Shown: positions 11,661 through 24,960 of the stretch, piece by piece
Numbering within the stretch: the first letter of the stretch is position 1
Layout: every line of letters starts with the position of its first letter
Assembly: GCA_001938485.1 (NCBI GenBank)
Contig: MQRK01248532.1
Coordinates: 11,730-73,996, forward strand
Direction: 5' to 3'
From: Girardia tigrina
Taxonomy: Eukaryota
DNA: 62,267 nt
Translations under genes and position numbers: made by a program
Notes under the pieces: generated by a model
The model's database searches: none
What the model saw: the letters and a program-made list of their open reading frames with translations, nothing else
What the model was told of the DNA's origin: nothing

Positions 11661-13705
11661 AACATGATTAATAGACAAAGTGAAGAATATTTTTAGTCGA
11701 ATGTCATTAAATTTCTTTGGAAATGTTATGAAGATCTCAGACGTCATTGTCAGAAGTGAATGAGCAACAATGTTCATGTATTGAGAAATGCCTCTCTGTT
11801 ACATTGTTATTCTGTTTTAAAAATTTCATTTCATTGTCTTTTTCTTTTCTGTTCGAATCTAAAGACTCCTTGGAAATATCATGTATGTTCCATGCAAATA
11901 CAATCAGATGAATTTTATTTGTTCATCTCAAGTGTTTAACTGAAGCCTTTCATTTCAACAACCGATTATTTCCACAAACCCGTATGAGAAGTGCTAGGAT
12001 TTTGGGGAGCTCACTTAAATTTTTGAATTTTAGTATTTAAAGTCTCTAAAAGAAAATTTCAAAATATTTAAAAATTTGTCTTTGTAAATTATAACCTTAA
12101 AAATTATATAATAACAAAATGAAAAAGTTTAATTTAAGATTTTTTTCAAATAAAAGAAAATATATGTTTAACGATTAAAATGAAAACTTTATAATTGAAA
12201 AATTTCCGATATGAAGATTTGTAAAATGATGATTTTAATTTTAATTTTAAAATTTTAAGGATAAAATTTCAATAATGTTGTAAAATTAATTTTAAAGATT
12301 TCTAAATTGGATAATAAAATAAAAGAATTTCAATGAAATTTTTAAAGGATAAATTTTAATAAAAATAATGTTGTAAAATTAATTTTGAAAATTATAAAAT
12401 TAAAGAAATAATTAATTAAAGTATTCGTATTTATATTTCATTATCTTTATATATAAATAGATCGTGCAAAAGAAAACTTGTTCCTCGAATATTTTTTTGA
12501 AAAATATGTTATTGTTTTATATTTAATAAAATTTTGGTGTTATGACTTCAACTTTTGATATCGAATCTAACCAGAAACATGTTGATTAAATTCTACGAAA
12601 AAAATCGTAAGAAAAAGATAATACTGGTATAAAAATATTTATCTATTTGATATGTTTTAAATAAATCGTTATAGAAATATATAAATACATTCATTAAATA
12701 TAAACACGTTTTAAAAATTATTTTTACATTTAATTAAATTTTGACATTGTTTTATTTCGACAAACCTAATGATAATTTGATAGATTTTCATGTTTGTATT
12801 TATTCTTGTCAATTAATTTGTCATTTTATCGCTATTATACTTAATTTTTTATTATTTCATATCTAAATTGTTAATAATTTAGTAAATATCCATAAAGTGT
12901 TTATGTTTGTTTTTCTTATTTTATTTGAAAAATATTTTTGTTGACGAATATTAATAGTAAATAAATTACATTTTGTAAATAAAATAAGGAAATATTTTAT
13001 TGATGTTGAAAAAACATTTTATTTATAATTGATAGTTAAATTAAATTCCCAAAATTTATCTTCATATTTAATTATTATAATATAATTAATAATTATTATT
13101 TGAATTCCTCATTATTTGAAATCATAGTTTGTTATCTTAGACAAGATTTTTAGCATAATGAATGACTTAAATAATACTCAAACATTCATCAATCAAATTT
13201 AGTATTTACAACTTTATAATGCAACTTTATTATTAAAATAAAATTCTGTAGGTTATGGGCTCCAAAGTGATTCATAACTTTTCATGATGACCTAAAGATC
13301 AATAACAAATAATTGAATAAACAATTTTATTTTTGGAAATAGTACTCTAGCGTAACACTGCTAAGCTGCATTACTTATAGGTATTCTTGGGAATCTAATA
13401 TTAAACAACATGAATCCATATGTACGAAACCAGGAAAGTTAATAAAATACACTAATAATAATTCACAAAAAAATAATGAAATGAGATCAGGGATGAAACA
13501 ATGGGGTTCGCAGTGGCACCAAATGTTAATTTTATACGATTTCATTATAATTTATTTCTTTTTCTCGTTGAATAATATTGTGTTCTAGTTATTGCACTTT
13601 ACTAAAATACAAGGAAACCAATATCAGAAATTATTATTTTATAAGAAGTCCATGTGTGATAAAGCTATGAAAACCTTTCTTTAGACGAAAAAATCTAGCA
13701 AATAT

Positions 13706-15727
13706 TGTGAAAAACCGAAAGTGTCTTCACTTTTTTAAATAAAAATCCAAGAATAATACTAAAAATATATTTCGAACGACTAACAATTTAACTTTTTATT
13801 TCATCAATTTATAAATCAATTTAATTTTATTATAGGAATTAAATCCTATATCCAAGAGTAGGTCATTACACAAGCCCCCCTTTTGTAAGTGGAGCGTTAC
13901 GTTGTTTCAAACACTTTGAAAATTATGTTCGAATCTTGATTTGATTTTGTTAAGCAATTCGTTATTTAAATGTGTGAAATCAATTTCCTCAAATGGTTTT
14001 TTTGCACAAAATCTGATTCGTTTCTGGTTTACAATTGTTTCGATGCCATTTATGATCAAAAGGAAAGAATTTTTTTGATTTTTCACAATGTTGTATGGTC
14101 CGTCGAATCTGCCAGTTATGTTATTTCTGACTAAAGCTCCAAAGTCAGAAAAAGTATTTGTAAATGTTTCATTGATTTCCTCAGTTAACAATTTGTTGAT
14201 GTTCTTAATTTGACCTACGGAAGTGATGTTGTTAACTTGATTTTGTTTTTTTATAAATAGATGATATTCCTTTTGATAATCGTGTTTTATGCAACTGCTG
14301 ATGTCTGTGGTGAAAGCCGTCTCTTGATTTGAAATATGAAGATTTGTTTGACTAAGAACATGATTTTCTTTAATTTCTTCGTGATGTGTGTAATTGTCCT
14401 TGTGGGTTCTCGATGATAAGTTTTCAGTCGAAGTGGTCTGTACTATCTTGTTCTGAAATGTTTTGTTAAAAGTTTTAACGTCATTTTGAGGAATATGTAA
14501 AATTTCGTATCCTGGGGTCATTGGACTCAACAAATGTGTTGTGGTAGGTGTTACATTAGGAGGAGAAAGATTCTGGGATTTTGTAGTAGCCACCCCCTTT
14601 AATGTTTGAGCAGTCGTATGGGAACTATTATTACTAGAAGATTGTAAATGAGATTGAGGAGCTGCTGTTAATCCAGCTAATGTAACACATGGTGTTGCAG
14701 TGGACGAATCAGTAGACTTCGGTTTAGTTTGTAGAGATGCCATTTGTTGTGCATAATTAGGGTTAGGAATGACGGCGGCAGGAATTTGATGAACGTACTG
14801 AGGTTGCGGTAAATACATCGTTGTGGCCGATTGAGGTAACATCATAGTTGCATATTGTGGAGACATCACTGTTAAAGCTGAATAATGTTGCACAGGAATC
14901 TGACATAAAGTTGATCTATTTTGCAAAGCATATGGAACTGGTCCATTATATGAGACTGTTCCAGAAATTTCTTGTCGAGGATATAAATGTTTCTTTCTTA
15001 CAGCTTGTTTAATGTTCAATTTTCTCTCTTTAAAGATCAATGTTTCAGATTCATTCTTGGTGAGATTTTCAGCAATTTCTTCNNNNNNNNNNNNNNNNNN
15101 NNNNNNNNNNNNNNNNNNNNNNNNNNNNNNNNNNNNNNNNNNNNNNNNNNNNNNNNNNNNNNNNNNNNNNNNNNNNNNNNNNNNNNNNNNNNNNNNNNNN
15201 NNNNNNNNNNNNNNNNNNNNNNNNNNNNNNNNNNNNNNNNNNNNTGTACCAATTTTCGGTATTGATACGTGAGAAAAAGAATTGAGCTGATTTATTTGAT
15301 TGATCTTGTTATGCTTCACTTTATTTATAGTTTTAGAAATTCCCAATGCCAATAAAGAGTATTCAACATTTTTTTGTACATCGAAAAGCAGTCTTTTTAA
15401 TAGAAAATTGTATTTTACGTTTAACTGCGATACATTATCTTGTTGATCTTGATATGTGGATAATAATTCCTGGATTAACTGATTGAAATTTCTTTTTGAA
15501 GAACGTTTCTTTCTTAATGGAGGCATAATCTCCTTCTTTCTTTTTTTTCTTCTTACACCAGTTGTGAAAAACCGAAAGTGTCTTCACTTTTTTAAATAAA
15601 AATCCAAGAATAATACTAAAAATATATTTCGAACGACTAACAATTTAACTTTTTATTTCATCAATTTATAAATCAATTTAATTTTATTATAGGAATTAAA
15701 TCCTATATCCAAGAGTAGGTCACTACA
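13706..15727 (-). mobile_element. Young non-autonomous LTR retroelement (~2.0 kb)
   Basis: 165-bp TG...CA LTRs at 13706-13870 and 15563-15727 with one mismatch; 5-bp TSD AATAT. On the minus strand, PBS-like TGGTGTAAGAAG follows the 5' LTR and PPT AAAAGGGGGGG precedes the 3' LTR. Confidence 0.93.
13907..15526 (-). CDS. Unknown ORF filling the LTR element; basic N-terminus, Q/P/T/S-rich middle, integrase-like GPY/F tail
   Basis: Open on both sides of the N gap (15083-15243); MPPLRKKRSSKR start; RFDGPYNIVK...IVNQKRIRF near the C-terminus; no CCHC, DTG, YxDD or DDE motif visible. Confidence 0.65.
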   Translation of the reverse strand: MPPLRKKRSSKRNFNQLIQELLSTYQDQQDNVSQLNVKYNFLLKRLLFDVQKNVEYSLLALGISKTINKVKHNKINQINQLNSFSHVSIPKIGTXXXXXXXXXXXXXXXXXXXXXXXXXXXXXXXXXXXXXXXXXXXXXXXXXXXXXXEEIAENLTKNESETLIFKERKLNIKQAVRKKHLYPRQEISGTVSYNGPVPYALQNRSTLCQIPVQHYSALTVMSPQYATMMLPQSATTMYLPQPQYVHQIPAAVIPNPNYAQQMASLQTKPKSTDSSTATPCVTLAGLTAAPQSHLQSSSNNSSHTTAQTLKGVATTKSQNLSPPNVTPTTTHLLSPMTPGYEILHIPQNDVKTFNKTFQNKIVQTTSTENLSSRTHKDNYTHHEEIKENHVLSQTNLHISNQETAFTTDISSCIKHDYQKEYHLFIKKQNQVNNITSVGQIKNINKLLTEEINETFTNTFSDFGALVRNNITGRFDGPYNIVKNQKNSFLLIINGIETIVNQKRIRFCAKKPFEEIDFTHLNNELLNKIKSRFEHNFQSV

Positions 15728-15869
15728 AATATAATAAAATCTTCTTAAGTCTGGTACTTTAAAATAATGACTTGGACTATATGTTTTATTATTTTTTTCA
15801 ATAAAACTTTTATTTGCCACCCAATATTGATGAGACAGAATAATTATCTTTTTGTTTTTTTAATAATAT

Positions 15870-16104
15870 ATTCAAGAAAGCAGATAGTAAAAAGTGCAGC
15901 GACTTTAGAACGATTAGTTTGATCAGTCACGCATCAAAGGTTTTGTTGAAACTGTTACAAAAAAGAATCACACCGAAAGTGGAGCATCTCAGAGAGATGC
16001 AGGCAGACTTTAGAAGGGACCGCGGTACTATGGAGCAGATAACTAACCTAAAACTAATTTGTGTGAAAACCAGAGACCACAAAAGAATATTTTGTCATAA
16101 CTAG
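15870..16104 (+). mobile_element. RTE-like LINE RT fragment
   Basis: KKCSDFRTISLISHASKVLLKLL...QADFRRDRGTMEQI. Confidence 0.8.
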
Positions 16105-16289
16105 GGTATGGAATTTAATGACCTTAAAAATCAAATAAATGACTCTATTTTATTTCCTCTTTCCTGATGAGATATTATTTGTTCTTCCCCTCTACCAATA
16201 GAGTCGCCATCGTCACCAATCCGCCGCAGTCACATTACTGCGCCACCCACTCCATTATCAATGATTATTATTAATATTAATATGGAAAT

Positions 16290-16699
16290 TTATTAATATT
16301 AAAAAACAAGAACATAATTTTAACGAGTTCTTAATTAATCAATGCATTGCAAAAAACGATCCACCACATTCTCGAAAGACGCACAGAGATTGTGATAAAC
16401 GTATTGAGACAATAGTGATCGATTATAATAATCGTAATTTATTAGTGTTAGGAATTTTTTATGAAATGTTTTTTTTAAATTTTTGAAATAATAATTGAAT
16501 TCAAAGTGTCATTTTAAAATCAAAAAGAATCAAGAACTAAATAAAGTTATATTAACTATTATAAAATTTCATAAATTTAAATTTAAAAAAATGAAGTTAT
16601 TTAATTCTCAGAAAGTAAAAAAAGTCAAATGGATTATTAATACTATATTTATTTTTATTATACCGGTTTGATATTTATGAAGTAAATAGTTCCTCAAAA

Positions 16700-16701
<2 letters not shown>
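16290..16701 (+). repeat. Duplicated MULE-fragment plus LTR-like segment
   Basis: Near-identical to 19490-19880; the part from 16446 also matches 50640-50878 inverted. Confidence 0.75.
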
Positions 16702-16739
<38 letters not shown>

Positions 16740-16789
16740 NNNNNNNNNNNNNNNNNNNNNNNNNNNNNNNNNNNNNNNNNNNNNNNNNN

Positions 16790-16842
<53 letters not shown>

Positions 16843-17679
16843 TTTTTGAGAGAAAGCTTTATGCGAGGGGTTACTAATACAATCTTATAACCCTAAACAT
16901 TATATTCAAAATCATATACTATTAATCTAATATAAGCTTTTTAAGAGGCATAACTTTATTATAACTTTATTATTATAAAATGCAGTAAAAATGAATGTAA
17001 TGTTGAAATATGTTGCCAAAATATTATTATAAAAAATAATAGACTTTTTTCACAAAATATTAACTTTATAAAAATCCTAGAAAAGCAGCATTTTCAACTC
17101 AGACTTTAACATTAGTACTAAATTAAATTTTAATAGAAATAGTTATAAGAACCTATTTTACAGGATACATCTACGTGGACTTCTTCCTGCTTAATTTTTA
17201 ACTTTTCCTTCTATGATTTTCTTATATTTTAGAAAATAAGTTACTTTTAATTAAATAGAAAAGTTCATAATTTCGAATTTAAAATTTAAATTTCTTGATT
17301 CTAAAATCCTTCTTAATAACTATAAATTCCATAATTAATATTATAATGCTATTATATACATATTTATATTTATATTTATATATAACATTTGTCCTAAATA
17401 AAAGTTTCAATTCTAAAACGCTTTACTAAACTTTGTCTTTTTCCAACACATTTTTAATATATTCTCAATATGGAAATAACGTGGTTTTATTTGTTATGGT
17501 TTTTTGATTTTATTTTTTTTATTTTCATTTGTAATCGAAAAATGATGAAATATACAAAAGAACATTTTTGAAGATTAAACCAGAAGGTGAATCGGCGTGA
17601 ATCGGCTAGAAAACAGTGCAGAAAATATCCGACAAAATTTGAATGGAACGTGAGGATAATTAGAACACCTGTTAATAAA

Positions 17680-18045
17680 ACAGTCTAGATTTGGCCTCAT
17701 GTGACTTTTACTTGTTCTCAAAAATAAAGTCTCACTTAAGAAGCAGAAAATTTAACAAAGATTAAGTCTGTTATTAAAGTCCAGTTTGATAATAATTGCG
17801 GAGACTTTATGTAAATTAAATTTAAATTTATGTAAATGTTCACTAGTTCATGTTTTGAGATGAAAATTTGTCTGTTCGATGTAGGCCTCTAATCTCTATT
17901 TTAGTATTGAACATCAGGCTTTTAAAGGGTCCACCAAAACTGAAGTCTTTCATGCAACCAAATAGGCATCCTTCATGGACGTCAGACTTTGCTCCCGAGA
18001 CTTCTTTGATATTCCTATTAAAAACTGTAATTCATGGACATTATG
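17680..18045 (+). mobile_element. Decayed mariner transposase fragments
   Basis: DLASCDFYLFSKIKSHLRSRKF and HPSWTSDFAP...LKTVIHGH. Confidence 0.55.
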
Positions 18046-18739
18046 TCTATGATTGATCTTACCTTTGGTTGTATTTTGGACTAAACGTATCCCGGAAATG
18101 GATATTTGAGTGTAATTAAAAATCTCAAGTGCATTTCGGTAGCCGCCTCAAACATTTCTGTAATTTATCAATTTAACCATTGTCGATATTTTTATAAATG
18201 CTATTCTTTAATTTTCTAAATCCTTCTGAACATTAAATTCTTATAATTTGAATCCGCTATCCTTCAACCTCATTTTAGGTCTCGTGATTATGGACTCTGT
18301 ACAACTTTAGGCTAATATTACTATTTTTATTCAGGTACATGTAATTAATGAATTTTATCAATATCAATTTGTTCTCAATTTAAAATATAAAAAAGTTGTT
18401 TTAAATATATTTATAGATATCCTTTTTATGTACATAAAACATGTTTTGCAATTTCAGAATTTAAAATAAATATTGTATTTTACTTGTAAGTAGCCCAAAG
18501 AAATAATTTTTTTATTTTCTGATTGCTGAATTGTAAAATAATAATCCTTCAATAAATCAGATAATAATAATTTGTGAAAGAGAAACCGTTTGATGTTTGT
18601 TATCAAACCCTTTGTAAATGCTTTTTTATCTGGAAGGAAACGAAACTAATTTTTAATGCCAAATAGCAATTCTATAAGCAAAAATAATTTGATACCATTT
18701 TTATGTTTTCTTAAAATTAATTTAATTTTCTTATTTCTG

Positions 18740-18785
<46 letters not shown>

Positions 18786-19289
18786 TTATTTGTAAATTTT
18801 TTAACTCAGAAAAATTAAACGTACCACATGAAAAATAATTAAATGAGCAAATAAATCGAAGAAAAATATTCTGTTTTGTTTGAGAGATAGATATCAATTT
18901 TCAATTTTTTTCTGAAAATAGTAAATTTGATTGTTTTTTTTCAACAAAATTGGAATGTTATTTTTTTATTTTTTTTTTGCTTTTTATTTAATAAATATAG
19001 TTTGGATCCACGAGCTATTATATTTGTTTTTATCAAGTATATACTTAGGTGAGCGTTAGATGGGCTTAAGTAAGACTTAAAGCGACATTATAACAAGTTA
19101 ATAGTATTTTTCCGAAGTTATTCATTTAAATAAATGAATTTAAATGAATCTAGAATAAATATAATTATGTCTGTTTTTATAGATTGCATTTATATGTTTG
19201 CATTCAAATTGTGATGTTGTTAATAATAACGTTTCTGGTCCTTTAATTAAAAACTTATTACATAGTATTTCTTGGAAATAGTTCAAGAG

Positions 19290-19645
19290 CTGCTAGATTA
19301 ATTTGAAGATAATTATGTTGGAATACCTTATTTTAATAATATTCGTCGCCGACCGAGAGTTTGCAAATGATTTATTGAATTATTCCGCAGCAGTTGAAAA
19401 TGGAATTCCGAAAACCAATAAATATGTGGAAGGGTGGTATCGACGGTTTAGTCAATTGATTGGAGAAAATCATCCGACAATATTGAAATTTATTAATATT
19501 CAAAAACAGGAACATAATTTTAATGAGTTCTTAATTAATCAATGCATTGCAGAAAACGATCCACTACATTCTAGAAAGACGCACAGAGATTGTGATAAAC
19601 GTATTGAGACAATAGTGATCGATTATTTTAATCGTAATTTTTTGA
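19290..19645 (+). mobile_element. MULE transposase C-terminal fragment
   Basis: PKTNKYVEGWYRRF....GENHPTILKFI resembles the PRTNN.EGWH...HP.IWKFI region of animal MULE transposases; compare 59145-59354. Confidence 0.75.
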
Positions 19646-20474
19646 ATTTAATTAATCGTAAAATTTTTGAAATAATAATTGAATTCAAAGTGTCATTTTG
19701 AAATCAAAAAAAAATCAAGAACTAAATAAAGTTATATTAACTATTATAAAATTTAGTAAATTTAAATTTAAAAAATGAAATTATTTAATTGTCAGAAAGT
19801 AAGTCAAATGGATTATTAATACTATATTTATTTTTATTACACCGGTTTGAGATTTATTGAGGAAATTGTTCCTCAAAAGTAAAAGAAATTAAATGAATTT
19901 TATTTCGATTAAATTTGTTTAAATAAAATGTATTAGACATTTTGTTTAGTACAGAAATAAAATTTTAAAAAGTGATGTCGACTTCTAATATCGATAGCCT
20001 TGAGATGTTCCAAAAACATCTAACAATTAGATTATCTTAGAAGAATTGCATATAATTTTGATTCAAATGTTTAATAATTTCGATTTTGTAACATGTAGTT
20101 GCTTTAATGTAATTTAATGGAATAATATTTTTTATATCTAGGAAAAATATATTAATTTAAAATTTTGTTGGTAAATAAATAAATTGCTATAGAAATGTTA
20201 TGAAATTGTTTGAATCTTAAATTATTCACTTTAAAATTTGTATAAAAATCAAGCACGGCAATGTGACACTGAAGCTACTTCTTGGAAATAATTTTTGAAA
20301 ATTGTGTTTCCAAAAATAAAATTGTGTTTCTAGCAAAATAAAAAAAATTTATATCGAGTTGTTTAAAAAAAACAGAAGCATTTGAAGTTCTCAACAATGG
20401 ATAAATGTGTGATTCGAATAAAATTATTAATGTCCCTGAGATATACAATGAAAATTATTTTAGATTATGTAAAG

Positions 20475-20890
20475 AATAATATTATTAATAAAAAAATTTT
20501 TTTATAAAAACAACCACGTTTTTCAAGCATTACCAATGCACTAAAAAGAGGAAAATAATTTTTTTTCTAGACATGTGAGAAATTTTATACCTAACCAAAA
20601 ACGTGGGGCGGATTTCTGAATCAATAGTGTGTTAAAAACATAATATTTTGCTTTTAGAAACTAGAAGAAAATTTTTAAATTTTAGAAGAATTTCGCCTAT
20701 CAGGAAGTGAAAGAAAAATTATTTTAAAGCTTTTTAGTAACAATCGATCATTTCTATGCCCCACGTTTTTGGTTAGGTATAAAATTTCGCACATGTCTAG
20801 AAAAAAAATATTTTCCTCTTTTTAGTGCATTGGTAATGATTGAAAAACGTGGTTGTTTTTATAAAAATTTTTTTTATTAATAATATTATT
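20475..20890. repeat. Fold-back inverted repeat (MITE-like)
   Basis: ~135-bp near-perfect arms 20475-20609 and 20758-20890 around a ~148-bp spacer. Confidence 0.8.
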
Positions 20891-21159
20891 TAACTATTTT
20901 TAGTTATCATTTAGGAATTCAAATCTTNNNNNNNNNNNNNNNNNNNNNNNNNNNNNNNNNNNNNNNNNNNNNNNNNNTTCAAATCTTTCGATTGATTTCG
21001 AATAACAGAAATGATAATAAAACCAAAATAACAAAGTTTTATTTTAATAAAAGCAAGTTTTATTTCAAAATAATTTTTTTGTACGTATTAATTATTGATT
21101 TTTTTCATAAAGTTAAATTATAGCATATGCGGTTTATGTAGAGCCGTAAATGTTTTAAA

Positions 21160-21290
21160 ATATTGTATTGTCATCGGAAGCAAGCCTGTATAAAAAAACT
21201 CAGCTCAATTGGATGACTGAAAGTGGTCGAAAAATCAATCGCAAGATTTGTTCCAGACAAGAAAGCAAGCTAATAAAAACGTGGTAAAAA
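21160..21290 (+). repeat. 3' end of a dispersed repeat (Helentron/DINE-1-like architecture)
   Basis: Terminal motif gaaagYaagctaataaaaa recurs at ~28-56, 3016-3046, 21261-21290 and inverted at 22600-22625; three of the four abut (TA)n. Family assignment is inference. Confidence 0.4.
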
Positions 21291-21670
21291 GGAATAACTG
21301 GAATATAAATAAATGAAATGCAACAGTAAATAAGTTAGTAAATAAACTTATCTATTAAGTTTTACCGTGAAAAACGGGAATTTGGTCATCTGAAAAATGA
21401 CATCTCTTCCACAATTCTCCTTTCTTGATTCCTAGACAATATTTATTGATTATCAGATCTCCAAATAATAGAAACACAGTGTAACAGTATATAATTGCAG
21501 CTCTTCTAAATTAAATTATTTCTTTTCCAAGAATTTATTTGTAATTTTTTGGAAAATATTTCTTTGATATTTTATTGAATAATTTTTATTTTATTTCTAA
21601 TATATTGTATTTAATTATATTTCTTGTTATTATTATTGTATTATTGCTTTATTAATTATTTGTTTTTCAG

Positions 21671-21762
21671 GTAAACTTGAATTTAGTGATGGAAGTTTCA
21701 ATCAGTTACCAAGTGAAAATCTCGTTCAATTTTGGAAAAGAGCTTATTTTTCTTTCTTTTCG
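21671..21762 (+). CDS. DYNC2LI1: DYNC2LI1 penultimate exon
   Basis: ttttcag|GT...TCG|gtatta; phase 1 in, phase 0 out; GKLEFSDGSFNQLPSENLVQFWKRAYFSFFS matches the ...ELWKKVYEKLFP region. Confidence 0.85.
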
Positions 21763-22622
21763 GTATTAAATTTTTATTCTTTTTTTAAATTAAATTTAGA
21801 TTAATATATTTTCCTTCAAGAATAAGCTGAAATTTTGTTTTGTAATTATTTCTTGTTATTGTTGAAACTAGATATGAATGTGTAAATCAATACAGAGAGG
21901 AATTTAAGTTGTCAAGAAAATATTAATTTATTAAATTTTTATTATTTATAACTTTTCTTACTAATATAAGTAAATTAATGAAACAATTTTAACAACTTTC
22001 AATCATATTCAAGTATTATGACTCTAAAAATAATAATAATATTATTAATTTCCAGGAATGTTTGATGTGTTTGAATGTTGTGTATTGATTTTGGATTGTG
22101 TCTCTTCTACTCAGATGGCTGATTAATATTTTAATTCTTCTTATCTAAAACTAATTAGATTTAATTTAAAGTTTAATGTTTAAATTAATTATAAATTTAA
22201 AAATCGTTGTAAAATTTAAAACAGATGGAATAATTTATTTTAAATTTTTCAATAAATAAATCAAATTTATATTTTTTAGAATAATTAAATTTTATTTTAA
22301 TTTTAACCAATGAAATTTATGAGGTATATATTTTTTAAATATTGAAGTATCAAATTCGATTTAGATAATTTAAAAATATAAATATTAATCAAATTGAATG
22401 ATGCAAACCTACGAGAGGTGTTAATACTTGTCCTGAGGACATATCAACTTGTAATAATTGTAAAAATATCGAACATCATGTTTGTGTGTTCCTTGATTTC
22501 ATTGCCATTGTTTTTTACAAGTATTATATAACATGTAACAATAAATGATTTTGGTTTAAAACACACAAAGATGATGAAATTTCAATTTGTTTAAACAAAA
22601 GAATTCTTTTTATTAGCTTACT

Positions 22623-22674
<52 letters not shown>

Positions 22675-24429
22675 ATCCATTGAATTTAGAAACATGTTTT
22701 TGAAGGCTTTTTACTCAATCGAATTTCTTCAAACTTTGCCCACTTACTCGATGACAATAAATGATTATGTAAAAATTTGATCGAAAAAAACTTTTTAAGA
22801 TCCCAAAATGGGAAAAAACGGAAAATTCGGAGTTCCCGAAAATTAATATTTGCAAGATATCTACTTATAAATTATAAGTAGTTTATATTCATTTTTATTG
22901 TGTTTTTTAATAAAAAAAATTTTAAATTTTAAAAATTTCGTTGGCAAAGTAGAGTTCTGTCTGCATAAAGAATGTATATAAAAAATTTAATTTTTTGATT
23001 TACTAATTTTAATTGTTAATTGTGACGAATTTTTCAAAAAAATATCTATACACACAAACACCGATCACAATCATACACACATTCACATACATAATATACA
23101 TTAAAAAAACAGAATGATGTAAATAGTTTTAAATTGTTGTTCTTACAAAATTTGAATAAATAGATAAGAGGAAATTATTTATTTATACATTGGCATTCTT
23201 CAAGCAGTTTGGCTACTTTTGTAAGCATAATAAACAGAAAGAATTATTTTCAATATTTTGTCATGATCTTATTGCTAACCAAGTCTAAAAATGTTTGATA
23301 AAATGTTGTTTTGTATTAAAATTGTTTAAAATATTACTGTGAATTCAATTTATTATTTTAAATTAGTTTTATTTTAAACTGTAACAAAATAAATTAAATT
23401 TATATTTTGACTAATGATAGAAATATTATAAGTAAATAGTTTGTAAAAAGTCAGAGGAATTATCCCATGCTTATTCAGTTAATTTGATCGATTTGTTCAT
23501 TGAAGCATTCATTGGAACATCTAACAACTCTTAGAAAAACAAATCAACAGTGCAAAAACGAAAGCAAAAGCAGTTATTTTTGAGAATTATTATTCAAAGA
23601 GTACTGTTTTTGGATACATTATTTGTGAATAAATGCCAGAGTTTTATGTCCCATATATAACATTTTGTAAATAATAAATAAAATCCACCTGACCCGATTG
23701 TTGACCAACTTATTTTTATAACTGAAAAATAACAATAACCTTGATGTTATATTTATTTAGTTTAATGTTAAACTCATTTAATTTTTTTTATTTATACTGT
23801 TTGTAAAGTATCAATAATGCAATAAAAAGATAGAATAAATAAAAATATAATTAAGATCATCTACATTTATCCGAATGTGAAAGGAGTCTATAAAAATTTA
23901 AAGATCTTACTAGTCGAGTCAAAATATCTATAAAAAAAGAAAAGAATTACATATTTCAAAATGATAAATACTTGTAATAATCTAAAAAAATATTTTGACT
24001 ATTCTTTGATTTTACTTAAAAATTATTTGGGGATCCCCCATTTTCGTAGCACTACTTCTGTGCTCTATTTTGCTTGAAATATTTTCATTTGACACTAAAT
24101 CGATAATACTTTTCTAGTTACTTGTTTAACTTTGTAACGTAAGTATAAACTTGTAGGGATAATAAACTAGAAGCTTAAGGATGATAATAATACTTCAATG
24201 AACTTCCTGGATAGCTGTAAAAAAATTTAAGACCTCTTAGTAATATTTAAACATATTTTTTAAATGAAATAAATATTAAAAGAATAATATTTTAACAAAT
24301 TAAAAAAATAAACAATTGGATCAAGCAAAATAATTTTTTTCATTGACACAAAGAAATTTATGAGGAGTTACTACGACAGAGATTGTAACAAAAATTACTT
24401 GAGTTAAACGAAAGATTGTGAATGCCTTT

Positions 24430-24960
24430 ATGTTTTAGTACTTTATTATGGATATGAAAGCTGGAGCACTACGAGGAAGAACATTAAGAAACTACAGATC
24501 TTTAGAATCTTTGCAACAAATATATATTTTAGATGTGAATTAAATAGAAAAGATCCGTATTGACAGAATGGATACTGCATTCCTACTCTTAATGGGCATT
24601 ATCAACAGCAGACGTCTTGCTTTCGATTGTAAGATTGAAATTTATCAAACTAATCTGGACCGTAACAATACCAATGGTGAAGAAAATCAGTGGGAGGAAG
24701 AAGCAATCCATCTACGAATGTCTCCGAGTAGATGAGGCGGTCTACAATGAATTCGTTAATCATGTCATTCACAGAAACCACACTGATGATTGTGAGATGT
24801 ATGTAAACTCCATAATCAGATTATACCGGGTACATCGAACAAAAACAAATATACCGAAACTTATCATGGGTAGAGAGAAGCATTGACAATGTCCAAAAGA
24901 GGGAGGCTTCAAGGAATTTGCCGATCAAAAGGAACTCAATATTCATATCAGAAAAGACCA
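24430..24960 (+). mobile_element. Decayed LINE 3' region
   Basis: YGYESWS resembles the LYG.E.W post-RT motif; a C2H2-like remnant CPKEG...LNIHIRK follows. Confidence 0.4.
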
